Position numbers and translations under genes: made by a program
Notes under the pieces: generated by a model
Databases searched by the model: none
Seen by the model: only the letters and a program-made list of their open reading frames with translations
Told to the model about the DNA's origin: nothing
Source of the DNA: the human T2T-CHM13v2.0 reference genome, Homo sapiens
NCBI RefSeq assembly: GCF_009914755.1
Contig: NC_060927.1
DNA length: 64,000 nt
Direction: 5' to 3' (one strand)
Shown: one piece after another, positions 1-12,579 of the stretch
How the letters are laid out: each line of letters starts with the position of its first letter
Numbering within the stretch: the stretch's first letter is position 1

Positions 1-1393
1 TTCTTATTAATAGTTGACCACCAGAAGAGTGTTCACTTAAACTCAGCCACTATTTGGTTTTGGGCCTTAAATTCACTAGGCACCGCACTACGGACTCCTA
101 TTGAGTCAACACATATATTGAGATTAAAAGAATTTGTCAAATCTCTCTGGTTTTGGTGGCCATGTGTATTTTGTGGTATCTTATGGAATGCCAAGGTGAA
201 GGGAATGGCCAATTGGACTATAGCACAAGTCCCAGTCCAATTGGAGGGTAACAGGTTATGGAGGTTCCTTTTCCCACAATACCACCAGACATTAGCCCAG
301 GGTATGTGAGGGCTGAGTAATTGCCATTGCCTGACTCACCAGTGATGTTTAGGATGTGGGTACAAGTCGAGAATTCTACCACAGGCTTATTGAACTCTGC
401 CACGTGCCTAGAGAGGCAAGAGGAGTGGTTCATATTTCCTACAGAGAACAAGGGGATTGCTCTTGGATCTGACCTCTGCAATGTGGGAAAGAGCAATGAG
501 AGACTCTTACAAGTCTCATTTCTTCATGCATCTTCGTTTTGGTATAGAGCCAACATGCAATGCATTCCTTCAAGATCGGTATCCCATCCTGGGGGAAATG
601 GAACCACCTGTGCCTGAGGTTGTCCTACAGCACACGTGTAGCAGTTACTCTTGTTGAGGGCTTGTACACAAAATTTGACCCATTCCACCCAGGCATTCAC
701 ATCCCTGTACCCTGTTTTAATTTTTAAGGTTTGCCTTAAATCCTTTACCTCAATTATTTTTACTCTTTTAGGGTTATTATTTGGTGGACTAAAGTGTTTA
801 TTAGGGTTTGGGGTTGGAGTAGTCCCAGGCAAATGGGAGGTTGAGTTCTTGATTGGTTTGAGAACAAATTGCCGTAGGGGGGTCTTTCCTTGTGATGTCT
901 GCCCCTAACCCATATACCCGAGATGCTACTTTTGGTTCTTGGTTTAGAACATCTGGATTGTCAATGGTGATGAGTATAGGATTGCATTCTAAATTCTGAC
1001 AGTTATTTGGCAAGGAGCCCTTCCCTTGGACAGCTGTAGTTTATTCTTTAAGGGTTTCCAGCTCAGAGTTACTCATCTCATGTTTACTCTTCAACCCTGA
1101 AATTGATCAGTTTACCATACATCATCCCAGCTGGGGCAGGATGATGCCCTACTGTAACCTGTATCTGGTTTAGGGCAAATATATTTATTCGCCTGCAAGA
1201 GCAGTCTCTGATTTTCTAAATTACCACAGAGTAAGACCTGGCAGGCATCAAATCTTACAGTCTGGGGTGCTACCATCTTGGTTACATTTATTGGGTAGGG
1301 AGAAGTCCCCTGCCATTTTACATTTTGAGCTTCTGCTCTTTGTATAGTAGCCTATCCCAGCCATATTAACTTTCAGAAATGGGGCCAGCCCAT
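1..1393 (-). pseudogene. env: ERV env (signal peptide, SU and start of TM), with stops and frameshifts; envP(b)/HERV-IP type
   Basis: ATG at 1391-1393 (MGWPHF*KLIWLG*); CxxC motif SNCYTC in ORF 524-832; degenerate furin site HQNQR at ~143-157; TM-like EFKAQNQI..FWWSTINK at the window edge. Confidence 0.88.
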
Positions 1394-1402
1394 TTTTTCT
1401 TT

Positions 1403-4400
1403 TTAGATTTTTCTCAAAGTTTACTTTAAGGGTTCCTCAGCTGACCCGTGCACTTTCCACTGGTCTTTTTCCTCTCTCTTCTGGGGTCTCTGTTACCAGT
1501 CCCTTGACTTGAGTATAGTGAGTCCACCCCTGTTCAGCTGTTTGCGCGGCCATCTCAGTGGTCAGGAGCACTTGATAGGGACCTTCCCAGCTTGGGTGGA
1601 GCTTGTCTTCTTTTCAAGTCTTGATCAGCACCAAGTCGCCAGGCTGGAAGTGGTGAACTGCGAATTTAAGAGGTAGAGTTTGAGTCAGAAGTCCTTTTAA
1701 CCTGAGGGATGACAGGGTGGAGGATGTGGCCAGTATGTAATTTCTTAAGAATTGATCCTTGGTTTCCATAGTAGGGAGATTTGTAGCTCTGCCTAAATAT
1801 GGGACCCCATGTAATAACTCATAGGGGAACAATCCTAAGTCTTTTCTTGGGGCTGTTGTAATCCTAAGCAGTGTATTGGGAGACATTTAGTCCAAGACAT
1901 TTTTGTTTCTAAGATTAGTTTGGTGATATGCTTTTTGAGAGTTTGATTCATTCTTTCTACCTTTCCAGAGGAAGGGGGACATTACGAGGTGTGATAATCC
2001 CATCTAATTTGTAAACCTTACATAATTCCCCTTAACATCCTTGAGGTAAAGTGGCTCCCATTGTTTGAATCAGTATTTTCCACCAGGCCAAATCTACGCA
2101 CAATCTGTTTTAATATTATTTTGACCACATTCTTGGTGGTGGCTGTGGGAAGGGGGAAGGCTTCCACCCAGCCAGAAAGGTAATCTGTGATCACCAGTAA
2201 ATACTTTAGTTTTCCTACTTTGGGCATTTCTGTGAAATCTACTTGAATGCTTTGAAATGGTCTTAGTCTGGGAGGTTTTCCTCCCATGGGCTGTTTTCTA
2301 ATTACCTTTTTGTTTATCCTTTGACAAATTACACAACTTCCACATACTTGTTTAGTGAGGGTAAAATTCCTGTAGTATTGCATCACGGAGAGCCTGAGGT
2401 CCCCAGTGACTCCCTTTGTGTAATATAGACATTAGTTCTCTCATCAGGGTTTACTGATTGTTTCTCTCCCATCAGGAAGTACTCATTTCTTATTTTTAGT
2501 TTAAGTGACCCCTAGTCTGTCTAATTCTTCCTTCTCCTCTCTGGTAAACTGGGGCCTTAATACTACCTTAGGAATGTCTGGGATCCAGCTAAATAGTATA
2601 ATATCTTCCTCCAGGGAGGCTTGCTTAGCAGCTTTATCTGCAAGCCTGTTTCCTGCAGCTTCTATAGTGTTCCCTTTCTGATGACCATTTACATAAACTA
2701 TGGCTACTTTGCTGGAAGCAGGAGGCTTTTTACAACCTGTTTGGCCAGTTCCCCATGCACCAATTATTTTCCCCTGCTATTTATTAGGGCCTGCTTTGTT
2801 CAGATTTTTCTAAAAATGTGTACCACCCCATAAGCATATTTAGAATCAGTATGTATGGTGCCTTTTTGGCCTTTGAGTTTTAGGGCCTGGTTAAGAGCAT
2901 ATAATTCACAAGTTTGGGCCCACCAGCCATTAGGTAATCTACCCTTCTCACATAAGGAGTGTTTATTTTCATTAAGGACAGCATAACCATTATTTTTCTT
3001 GCCATCTATCATTGGGATGACCCATCCACAAACAGCCTTGTCCCATCATGTAGTGGAGCTTCCCTGAGGTCTGATTTAACTTTGGTTTGGTATTCTATGA
3101 TATCTAACAGTTACAGTCTGATATCTCTTTGTTCTCCTCTCCTTTCCATAGGAAACTGGCTGGATTCAGGCAAGCATTTGTGGTTACAACCAAATCATCT
3201 TTTTCTAGTAATATGGCGTCATATTTTAGAAACTGAGAATCCGTTAACTATCTCCCGGCTTTTCAATTTGATACATTCCTGACCTGGTATGGAATGCTTA
3301 CTATTAGGGCCCCACCAAAGGTTAGTTTTCAACTCTTTTCTACCAGCAGGGCTGTGGCAGCTACTGCTTGCACACATTCAGGCCACCCCTGAGAGACAGG
3401 ATTGAGAAGCTTGGAGACAAAAGCAACAGGTTGCCTCTTCCCTCCCCAGATTTGAGTGAGCACTCCAAGGGCCATGCCCTGATCTACTGTGACGAACAGA
3501 TGGAATAGTTTCTTTAAAGACAGAAGGGCCAGGGCCGGGGCTGTGATGAGGGCCTGCTTTAGCTCTTTTACTGCCTGAATTTCCTTTGGGGACCATTGCA
3601 AGGGATTGGGTTCCTCTTTAGTAACTTGAGATACAGAATCTCTGTCTTTTGAGCATATGAGTTCATCCATAACCTACAATAGCCAGTTAAACCTAAAAAT
3701 TTTTGGAGGTTTCTCTTTGTCTAAGGCAAAGGCAGAGCCACTATCCTCGATATTTTCTTTGGGTTTATTTTCTACTTCCCTTCACTAATCAGGTCTCCTA
3801 AATATTTAACTTCTTTTTTTTACAAATGGCAATTTGTTCTTAGAGACTCGTAATCCCCTTTTTCCTAGGAAATTAAGCAAGTTTAGGGTGGTTTTTGATT
3901 CCTCGGGCCTCCTCTCCCCAGAAATTAAAAGATTATTTACATGTTGTAACATCTGGGTTCCCTCGGAAGGTTGGAATTCCTTCAGGACTTTTTCTAAGAC
4001 TTTTTCAATTAAGTTTGAGGCTTCTGTGAAAACTTGTGGCAGCACAGTTTGGTGGTACTGTTGTTTTCTCCCAGTTATAGGAATTTCCCATTCAAAGGCA
4101 AAGAGGTCCCTACTCCTAAAGTCTAGGGGAAATGCCCAGAATGTGTCTTTTGGATCCACCACACTGAACCACTTATGTTTATAGGGTATCTTACTAAGGA
4201 GGGTGTAGGGTTTAGGCACCCTAGGGTGGTGGGTCTGGACAATTTGATTTACAGCCCTTAGATTTTGCAACAATTTATATGACCCACCAGATATTTTGAC
4301 TGGGAGAATTGGAATATTGTATGGTGACCTGCAGGGTTCTAATAGTCCATCTTTTATCATTTTATTACTGCTTGGAGACCTTTTCTCCCTTCAATAGAAA

Positions 4401-4436
4401 TGGGATATTGTTTTCTGCAAACTACTTTTCCTGGTT
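1403..4436 (-). pseudogene. pol: ERV pol (RT, tether, RNase H, integrase), disrupted
   Basis: RT SPYNIPILPV, WFSVVD, VLPQ, QHVNNLL (degenerate YVDD); RNase H AQTCELYAL, HTDSKY; integrase CVIC, QVDF, GWVEAFP, DSNNGSHF, FQPGDLVL. Confidence 0.95.
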
Positions 4437-5651
4437 GTTTCTCATTCCATCCATCGATCTTTTGTAATTGTTTTATAATGTTAGGCCAGCTCTTAGTTAC
4501 AAAGACCTTCAAAAGGCCTTGCCCTAATGGGTCCTCTGGATAGAATCCAGAGTGTTTTCTCATCTGATCTTTGAGCCTCTGTAGGAATGCAGAGGGAGTT
4601 TCTTCCTTTTTCTTGTTGAATCTTGAATGCCTTTGAAACATTTTGTGTCCTAGGAGTGGACTCTTTGATCCCTTTAATTATTAGTTCCCTGAAGTCTTGC
4701 ATTCAGGCCTGGTGCCTGGGATCATTATTATCCCATTCGGGATTGACATTTGGAAATTTTTGTTTGGCTGGCAAGACTTCTTGCCTGGGAGGGTGTTGCC
4801 TCTCCCAGTTGGTTATGGTCACTCTCCTAATTATTCCCCTTTCTTCTCCTGTGAACAGGATATTCATAATAGACATCATTTCGGCCCAGGTGTAAAAGCT
4901 GGGTCTAGGAATTGGTCCAGCTGGTCTGCTAAACCGAGGGGATCTTCTAGGAGTGGTTTCATTTCCTTCTTGAAATTCCTAACATCAGTACTTATAAGAG
5001 GAGGATTTACAAAGCCAAGCTCTCCCAGTCCCATGGAAACTTCCCTAAGAGGGAACATGCTAGATGCTTGCTGTGCGGAAGGGATAGGGAAGTTCTCAGT
5101 AGTCCTCTTACACTGTTGTAATTGTTTTCTTAGATTTGGATAAGGATTTAAAGAAGTAGATGGTTTGGCTCCCCCATGGTTTCTAATCTTCCCCTAATCC
5201 CTTTGTTGCCCCTTGATCTTCCTGTCCCCTATTTTGTGAGACGTATGGAGGAGGCAAGCATGATAGGGGGGTCCCAGAGCTTTTACTAGGCTCTTTTTCT
5301 CCTTTCTTGAGGGGGAACATGGGAACTAATTCCTTGATCTGGCAGACAGCATAACCTATCTCTTCTTGTGAGGATGGGGTTTTATTATTTACATAGAGAA
5401 TTAAAGCTCAGCACACCCAACACTTGTCTGAACCAAACTTAGGCCAAAAGACTGAAGGATTATGAATGGAGTCTTTGGGCCAGATAAAACAGCAAAGCTT
5501 TATTATCTTTTGCTTTTCCTTGTCCCTGGTTCAAGGGTTGTCCCTCAAAACCTGTAGCATTCTCCCCAAAGGACTATCCATGGGAATGTCAGAGGGAGTC
5601 TTTAGCTCCCTCTTTCCTTTGTCCCCTAGGCCTAGAATTTCTGTTTCCCAT
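4437..5651 (-). pseudogene. gag: ERV gag (MA and CA), truncated in capsid by a deletion
   Basis: MGNRNS start with myristoylation Gly at 5649-5651; PPPY late domain near 5243-5254; FPLREV..GFVNPPL; MHR-like EETPSAFLQRL. Confidence 0.9.
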
Positions 5652-6065
5652 TTTCAGTCAGTCTCTGTGTCTGAGCGTTTCCCTGTGTACTCAACACTCC
5701 CTCCTGGAGGTTTCTTGCACACCCTGAGAATTACTTGCAGGAGAACGGAACTGCGGATTGGGACTCTGCACTCGCTTTGTATCTAGGATACATCTCAGTC
5801 ACACATGCTCAACCTCCGAAAATGTCCAACCACCAAGGCAGTACTTATAGTCCAATTCTCCTACCTTGGCTTGTGCACCAGGTTACCTGGTTGTTGTGGT
5901 GCCTGCTTTTTTCCCTGTGTTGCCTCTGTTGCCTCCTGAATAACAGTCTCAGATTTGTCTAAGGCCTCTATGGGGAGCTGGGACACCCGGACAGAGTGGG
6001 CCTCCTAAATTGAGTGGGCTGCATCTCCCCTCTTGGCCAGAGTCCCACTCCATGCAAACACAGAG

Positions 6066-6083
6066 ATCCCGGATGGATTCCCA
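6066..6083 (-). other. Primer-binding site, degenerate tRNA-Pro type
   Basis: Minus strand TGGGAATCCATCCGGGAT vs Pro PBS TGGGGGCTCGTCCGGGAT (13/18), 4 nt downstream of the LTR CA end. Confidence 0.75.
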
Positions 6084-6087
6084 AGTT

Positions 6088-6546
6088 TGTAAGAAACATA
6101 TTCTCCCATCCAAACTCAAGGAAGATACTTGGAGATAGGAAGAACAGCAGAAGCGAGACTTTTAATGGCAGTCTTGCAAGATCAGGTGTCTGGTAGGCAG
6201 GCATACCCGGGGCAGTTACAGCAGGTAATTTATCTCCTAGCATGCAAGTCCCTCCCCCAGTTCCTCATTGGTTGAGTACTATGGGGTTACAATCTTTCCA
6301 GATATTGCCTAAGTTTCATTATCCCCTTTATAAGGTTATACTCTGGTCCCCTTCCCTGATTAAGTTTCCATTTCCCAATAATGAAACTTTCTTCCCTTTT
6401 ATGGGCTGACCCCTCCTCTACATTCTGTTCATTTATTGTGACTTTCTAGGTGCATGAGCCATGTGGTTTATTACATTTGCAGGCTGGTTGCCAGTACTTA
6501 GAATTATCATGCCTTGAAAATGGACCATTTAAAATGATTTTTCACA
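6088..6546 (-). mobile_element. 5' LTR of the provirus (LTR71-like, 459 bp)
   Basis: TG...CA termini on the minus strand; CCAAT (6267-6271), GATAAA TATA-like element (6229-6234), ATTAAA poly(A) signal (6161-6166); next to the PBS. Confidence 0.85.
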
Positions 6547-6549
6547 TAC

Positions 6550-7260
6550 AGGGTCTTTTATATTTTGTTATCAAAGTTTCTCCATTTTGTTTTTCATATT
6601 TATGTACCATAATCAATCTGGGATTAATTTTTGTGTGTGTGTGAGTAGAAAACTAATGCATGTGTTAATTTTTTTCTGCATATTTGAATATTTGAAATAT
6701 TTCATAATTAATATTAAAATCACTCTAATAAAAGTAATACTTGTTTATTATAGAAAAGTTAGAAAAATACAATAAAAATAAAAACAAAACTTCCCCTGTA
6801 ATAACATAACTCAGCAACACTTTTAATGTTGTGAGGTGTTTCCTTCTGGTCTTTTTTTATTTTTTGGTAAAACTGAGATCAAACTGTTTTCCATTTTTAT
6901 CACTTAGCATTGTCTTGTGTGTATTTCCTTGTATCATTTGAGTTCTACAAAATTATTTTTAATGATATATGTAGTTTATCATATAGGTGCATCATATTTT
7001 ATTTAACCAGGAACTTACTGTTAGACACTTAGGCTTCCTCCAAGTTTTCAATGTAAATGTTAGTTGAGCATTGAATATTCTTGTACAAATATTTCTGATT
7101 TGTTTTTGAGGATAATTTCTAGAAATGAAGTTCTTGGGTCAAAAGGTATGAAAAATTTTAAGATCTAAGAATACAGTTAGAGAAAGATACCCTCTGGAAA
7201 GTGTGTGCCAATTTTAATCCCACCTTCTCCAGCGACGAATGAGCTGTTCCATCCTCCCAT
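6550..7260 (-). mobile_element. Highly degraded old L1 (L1M) fragments
   Basis: T-rich; L1M 3'-end-like phrases (TTTAACCAG..GTTAGACACTTAGG, TTCTTGGGTCAAAAGGTATG). Confidence 0.5.
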
Positions 7261-7619
7261 AGGCACCCTCCTGGCACTTTTGCTGAAATACATGAAGACT
7301 CCAACCTTAGCTGATTCATGTAGTCATAACAAGATCACATGCTGATGAGAATACAAAATCTGGAAAAAGCACATAGCAAGAAGAGAAGTCTGTAATGATT
7401 TATTAATATAGTAGCCTCGGTCCTCCTTATTAAATTTATTTGGCAAAAATTTGCCATTCTGCCCTGGGTGATACCCTGATACACTCAGCTCAAACCAAGA
7501 GCCAGGCATAGATGTTTAAGACATAAGAAGGACTCCAACTTAACTGGTGCTCAGGGCAAAAGAAGAACACACCAGGACATCTGCCCCTCTGGTTAGGAGA
7601 GGTCAGAGGGGGCCAGATC

Positions 7620-9350
7620 ACTCGTTAAAACATTTCAGTGTCTGTTATGAGCCACTCATTGCATTGGAGGTGGGAACACAAAAATGACCAACCTTGACAG
7701 AAAATTACAATTTGGAACACTAAGGGCTCTTACAGGATCTAGCTTCAGGGCACTATGAAATCACAGGTAGGAGTGCTCCATGTAACCTGAGGATGTCAGG
7801 GATATAGTTTCCCAGACAAGGTATGTCTAGGCTGATCTTTGAAGAGGAAGAGGGCTTGGCCAGGCAGAGAGAAAAACAGGCATCCTACCTAACTAGCTAT
7901 AGGGCAGACAGACTGTGGAGTAAAAGGTGAGGAGTGTGATGGAAGGGACTGGAGGAGGAACTGTATGAGAGAAGGCTGAAGGAGGAAGGGACTGGGTTAT
8001 GAAAAGCTTCACGTGGCTTTCTATGGAGTTTATATTCTTTACAACACCGTATGTGTTCTGATCCCATCACCTTTCTGATCATATGTCCTATCCCTCCCCC
8101 ATCCCAACCACTCTGCTCCAACCACATTGGTCTCCTTGCCATTCCCCAATCATGCTTCCACCTCAGGACCTTTGCACATGCTCTTCTCTCTGCCCAGAAT
8201 GCTATCCCCCAGGTGTATGTTTGGCTTTCTTCCTCTCTTCCCTCAAATGTCTGCCTGATAGTATTACCTAAGCAGAGAGATTACGTCTGATAAACTTGGA
8301 CAATATAGCATGCTGCTCTTGCCACCTACTCTGCTGTTCTCTGTCTTCTAACTCTGCTGTATTTTTCTTCTAGTATTTATTTTCTATCTTTGACCCTAAC
8401 GTCTACTAGAATGAAAGCTCCATGGAGGTGGGGACTTTGCTTTTTTATTGCTTTACCAAATAGGATCTATTGAATAGTCTATTCCTTATGCCTAGAATAG
8501 TATCTGATGCATAGCAGATGCTTAATAAAAATTTGTTAAATATGCGAGTGAATTTTGTTATAAAGAGAATGAGGAGCCATTGAAGGTATTTTATGTTGGA
8601 GAAGGATCCTCAGATGTGTATTTTAGTCAGCTCTCTGTGCCTGTAGGGTGGAGGATGAGGCCAGTCAACCTGACCAGGAGGTTCCCAAAGTCATGTGTCT
8701 GGGTTAAGGTAGAAAGGTTGGGGTGGAGAAGAGGGATGTCTTCCAAAGGAATTAAGTAGGAAGCATATTTGCCTGGCCTCAGTGCCTGTTTGAATGTGGG
8801 AGCTGAGAGAGCAGGCAAATGATATTCCAGGTTATTGATTTGGGAATCTGGGTGGGTGCTGCCCTAACTTAGATCAGAGGATGCTGGCAAAGATTCAGTT
8901 CAGGAGGAATGACAATGAATTCAGGTTCATGTAGAACATGCTGGGTTTGAAGTTCTTTGGCATGTCCCAAGGGAGATGTTTAGCAGGCAATTTGGATATT
9001 GCAGTTACTGGAGCCATTTGTGGTGAGATCACTAAGGGAGGGTGTGTACCACGAGATAGAGGAGTATTAAGAATGGAACCCCAGGGCATATCACCCCAGA
9101 GGGAATGGAGGATGTGTGAAACAGGAGGAAAGAGTGTCTAGAAGGTGGGAGTGGTCAGTAACATCCAATAACAATACAAGTAGATGAAATAAGGACTGAA
9201 CAGGTTAAATTGCATTTTGCAGCTGGGAAGTTGCCAGTGGAGTGCTCAGTACAGGGAATGGAAAAGAAAAATCGAGGCAGAATATGGACTACTTGAAAGA
9301 GTAGGAACACTCTGGGAAGAGTAGAGCAACTAAATGTGAAGAGAATGAGC
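7620..9350. mobile_element. L2 LINE fragments in both orientations
   Basis: L2-like phrases (CTCAGGACCTTTGCACATGCT, CTAGAATGAAAGCTCCATGGAGG, GATATTCCAGGTT..AATGAATTCAGGTT). Confidence 0.65.
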
Positions 9351-9649
9351 AAGACAAAAGTTGGGCAGCAACTGAAAGGGAAAGGAAGGTGATTTTAACA
9401 AAATTAGGTCTGGAAATTCTTCACGCTTTTAATGTTGAGATAAAGATTCATAAGTAGTGAATAGTAAGTGCAGAGAAGTCCCACAAACCCCTCACCCAGT
9501 GTCCCTAGTGGTTACAACTGTACACAATTATAGTACAATATCAGTAACAGGGATTTGACTTTGGCACAATGTGTGTGTGTAGTTCTAAGTCATTTTTATC
9601 ACATGTGTAGGTTCATATTTAATATGATCATCATTGTATTCAAATACAA

Positions 9650-9892
9650 TTTTTTTTAGAGACAGAGCCTCACTCTGTCACCCAGGTTGGACTACAGTGG
9701 CATGATCAGAGTCCATTGCAGCCTCGAACTCCTGGGTTTGAGCTATCCTCTTGCCTCAGCCTCCTAAGTAGCTGGGACTATAGGTGTGTGCCACCATGCT
9801 CAGCTAATTTTAATTTTTTTGTAGAGATAGGGTCTCGATATATTGCCCAGGATGGTCTTGAACTCCTGGGCTTAAGCAACGATCTTCCCACC
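9650..9892 (-). mobile_element. AluJ, 5'-truncated, with 10-bp TSD
   Basis: Alu body; TCAAATACAA at 9640-9649 and 9893-9902. Confidence 0.9.
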
Positions 9893-10672
9893 TCAAATAC
9901 AAAATTATTCCATTATCACAAACAGCTCTTTGTGCTACCCATTGATAATCACACCAGCACCTCCTCCCTCCCATCATCTCTAACCCCTGAAAACCACTAT
10001 TCTGTTTTCTATTTCTATAATTTTGTCACTGAGAATGTTACACAAATGGAATGATAAATCATATACTATTTTGAGATTGGCATAATGCCCTCGAGGCGCA
10101 TTCAAGTTGTGTTTATCAGTAGCTCATTCCTTTGAATTGCTGAGTAGTAGTGTTTGATATAGATGTACTACAATTCTTTCTCCAATCTATAGTTGAGGAA
10201 CATTTGTGCCATTTTCTAGTTTGGGGTTATTACAAATAAACTATTAACAATGGCATACAGCTTTTTGTGTGGACAGAACTTTTTATTTTTCTGGGATAAA
10301 TGCCCAGTGTTTCAATTGCTATATTATAAAGCATTTGCATGTTTAGTTTTCTAAGAAACTGCTAAACTGTTTTCCAGACTTGTTGCACACCATTTTATAG
10401 TTCCACCAGCAATGTATGTGTGATCCAGTTTCTCTGCATCCTGGCCAGCAGATATGTAGTGATATTTCATTAAGCTCTTAATTTGCATTTTGCTAATGGC
10501 AAGTGATGTTGCACATCTTTTAATGTGCTTATTTGCTATCTTTATAACCTCTTCAGTGAAATATCTCTTTACGCTTTTGTCCATTTTCTAATTGGATTGT
10601 TTGGGTTTTTTAAAAATGTTAAATTTTGAGAGGTGTTTGCATATTGAAAATAGAAGTGTTTCAGATATGTGG

Positions 10673-11127
10673 TGTGATGGTTAATACTGAATGTCAACTT
10701 AATTGGATTGAAGGATGCAAAATATTCATCCTGGGTGTGTCTGTGAGGGTGTTGCCAAGGGGCTTAACATTTGAGTCAGTGCACTGGGGAAGGCAGACCC
10801 ACCCTTAATCTGAGTGGGCACCATCTAATTAGCTGCCAGAAAATATAAAGCAGGCAGAAAAATGTGAAAAGGCTAGACTGGCCTAGTCTTCCAGCCTACA
10901 TTTTTTCCCGTGCTGGATGCTTCCTGCCCTTGAACATCAGACTCCAGGTTCTTCACCTTTGGGACTCAGACTGGCTTCCTTGCTCCTCAGCTTGCAGATG
11001 GCCTATTGTGGTACCTTGTGATTGCGTGAGTAAATACTACTTAATAAACTAATATTATATATATAAATATATATATAATATATATAACCTATTAGTTCTG
11101 TCCCTCTAGAGAACCCTGACTAATACA
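10673..11127 (+). mobile_element. MLT2A solo LTR (ERV-L)
   Basis: Starts TGTGATGGTTAATACTG, ends CTCTAGAGAACCCTGACTAATACA; internal TA-rich tract. Confidence 0.9.
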
Positions 11128-11278
11128 TATTGTTTGCAAATTTTCTCTAGATCTGTATGTAGCTTGATCTTGGGTTAAGGTTAATTTTTTCCCTATGGGT
11201 TCCTCCAGTACCATGTTGAAAAGACAATTCTTCCTCCATTGAATTGCTTTTACGCACCTGTAAAAGATAAGTTGGCTA

Positions 11279-12575
11279 TATGAGGGGGCTTCAAAAAATT
11301 CATAGAAAAATGAAATTAAAAGATAAGAAATTTACTAACTAAAGAAAAATGGGTGCCCTTTAAAGATTTCTTAAGACTAAAAAACAAAAAGAAGTCAGAA
11401 GGAGTCAAATCAGGACCGTAAGGTGGATGCCCAGTGATTTCCCATCGAAACTCTTGCAAAATTGCCCACATTTGATGGGGGGAATGTGCAGGAGCAATCT
11501 TGTGGTGAAGGCCTCTCTGGTGAAGCTTTTCTGAGTATTTTTCTGCTAAAGCTTTTGTTAGAGTAGGTAGCTACCCAGGCATGAGCAGAGCAGGGGAAGG
11601 CTCCCCCACACCAGGAATGTCAGGTGACCATAATTGCCAGGGAAAAGCAGTTTCCCAATAGCTAAAACACCTGGAACTGGTGATCAGCCGCTTCCCATTA
11701 ACATCTCAAAAATTGGGCAAGCATTAAGAGGCATAATTGTGGAGTATGACCTTTGGTAGGTATTCCACTGGAAAAGGGAAGAATGCCTCAGGTAAGCATG
11801 CATACAATTCTAGTAAACACACTGCATATGCTCGCCTCCAGGGTGTTAGGCCACCTTGCATGCCAGCGGCCCACCCTCAGGGAAGAATCATGGGAAAAGG
11901 GATGCAAGACCCCAGAGGTATGCCAGCATATAAAATCCCAAGTCAAAAGATCAAAGCCCACATTTAACCTCCAAAATGGCCACTTGGCCCTCTTCCAAGT
12001 GTACTTTACTTTCCTTTCATTTCTGCTCTACAGCTTTTTAATAAACGTTCACTCCTGCTCTAAAACTTGCCGCAGTCTCTTTTTTCTGCCTTATGCCCCT
12101 TAGTCAAATTCTTTCTTTTGAGAAGGCAAGAACTGAGGTTGCTGCAAACCCCTATGAATTCGCCACAAGTGACTTGGATAACTTCAACTGCTAATACTTT
12201 GGCTGACTTTCTCAAAAACACTTTCATAATAAGCAGATGTTATCACTCTTTGGCCCTCTAGAACGTCAGCAAGAAAAATGCCTTGAGCATCCCAAAAAGC
12301 TGTTGCCATGACCTTTGCTCTCCACTTTTGCTGTGACTGGACCACTTCCATCTCTTGGTAGCCATTGCTTTGACTGTACTTTGTCTTCAGTAATGTAGTG
12401 GTAAAGCCATGTTCCATCTCCTCTTACACAGTTCTTCAAAGAAATGCTTCAGGATCTTGATCCCCCTTGTTTAAAGCTTTGCTCTTGTCTGCAGCTAATC
12501 TGGCTGCAATGGTTTTGGCACCCATTGAGCGGAAAATTTGCTCAACTTTAATTTTTCAGTCAGAATTGTGCAAGC
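11279..12575 (-). mobile_element. Hsmar2 mariner DNA transposon, partial, interrupted by an LTR
   Basis: TIR-like TA-TGAGGGGGCTTCAAAAAATTCATAGAAAA at 11279; transposase remnant KVMATAFWDAQGIFLADVLEGQRVITSAYYESV in ORF 12184-12417. Confidence 0.88.
11556..12196 (+). mobile_element. ERV1 solo LTR, MER50-like, with 4-bp TSD CTTT
   Basis: TGTTAGAGTAGGTAG start; TATAAAA and AATAAA; ends CTAATA; CTTT at 11552-11555 and 12197-12200; the mariner sequence resumes seamlessly. Confidence 0.82.
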
Positions 12576-12579
12576 TTCT

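Larger units (their letters stand above)
1..6546 (-). mobile_element. Class I (gamma-like) endogenous retrovirus, HERV-IP/HERVP71A-like, defective; runs off the left edge of the window
   Basis: Minus-strand order LTR-PBS-gag-pol-env; ORF fragments match capsid, RT, RNase H, integrase and env; family name from recalled consensus. Confidence 0.93.
9460..11275 (-). mobile_element. Old L1M 3' region hosting an AluJ and an MLT2A
   Basis: ORF 10351-10584 resembles the ORF2 C-terminus (KHIKRCATSLAI..MQIK); L1 3'UTR phrases. Confidence 0.75.

Noticed and set aside
1-1393. Domesticated syncytin-like env
   Set aside because: Stops in the signal peptide, frameshifts and a degenerate furin site.
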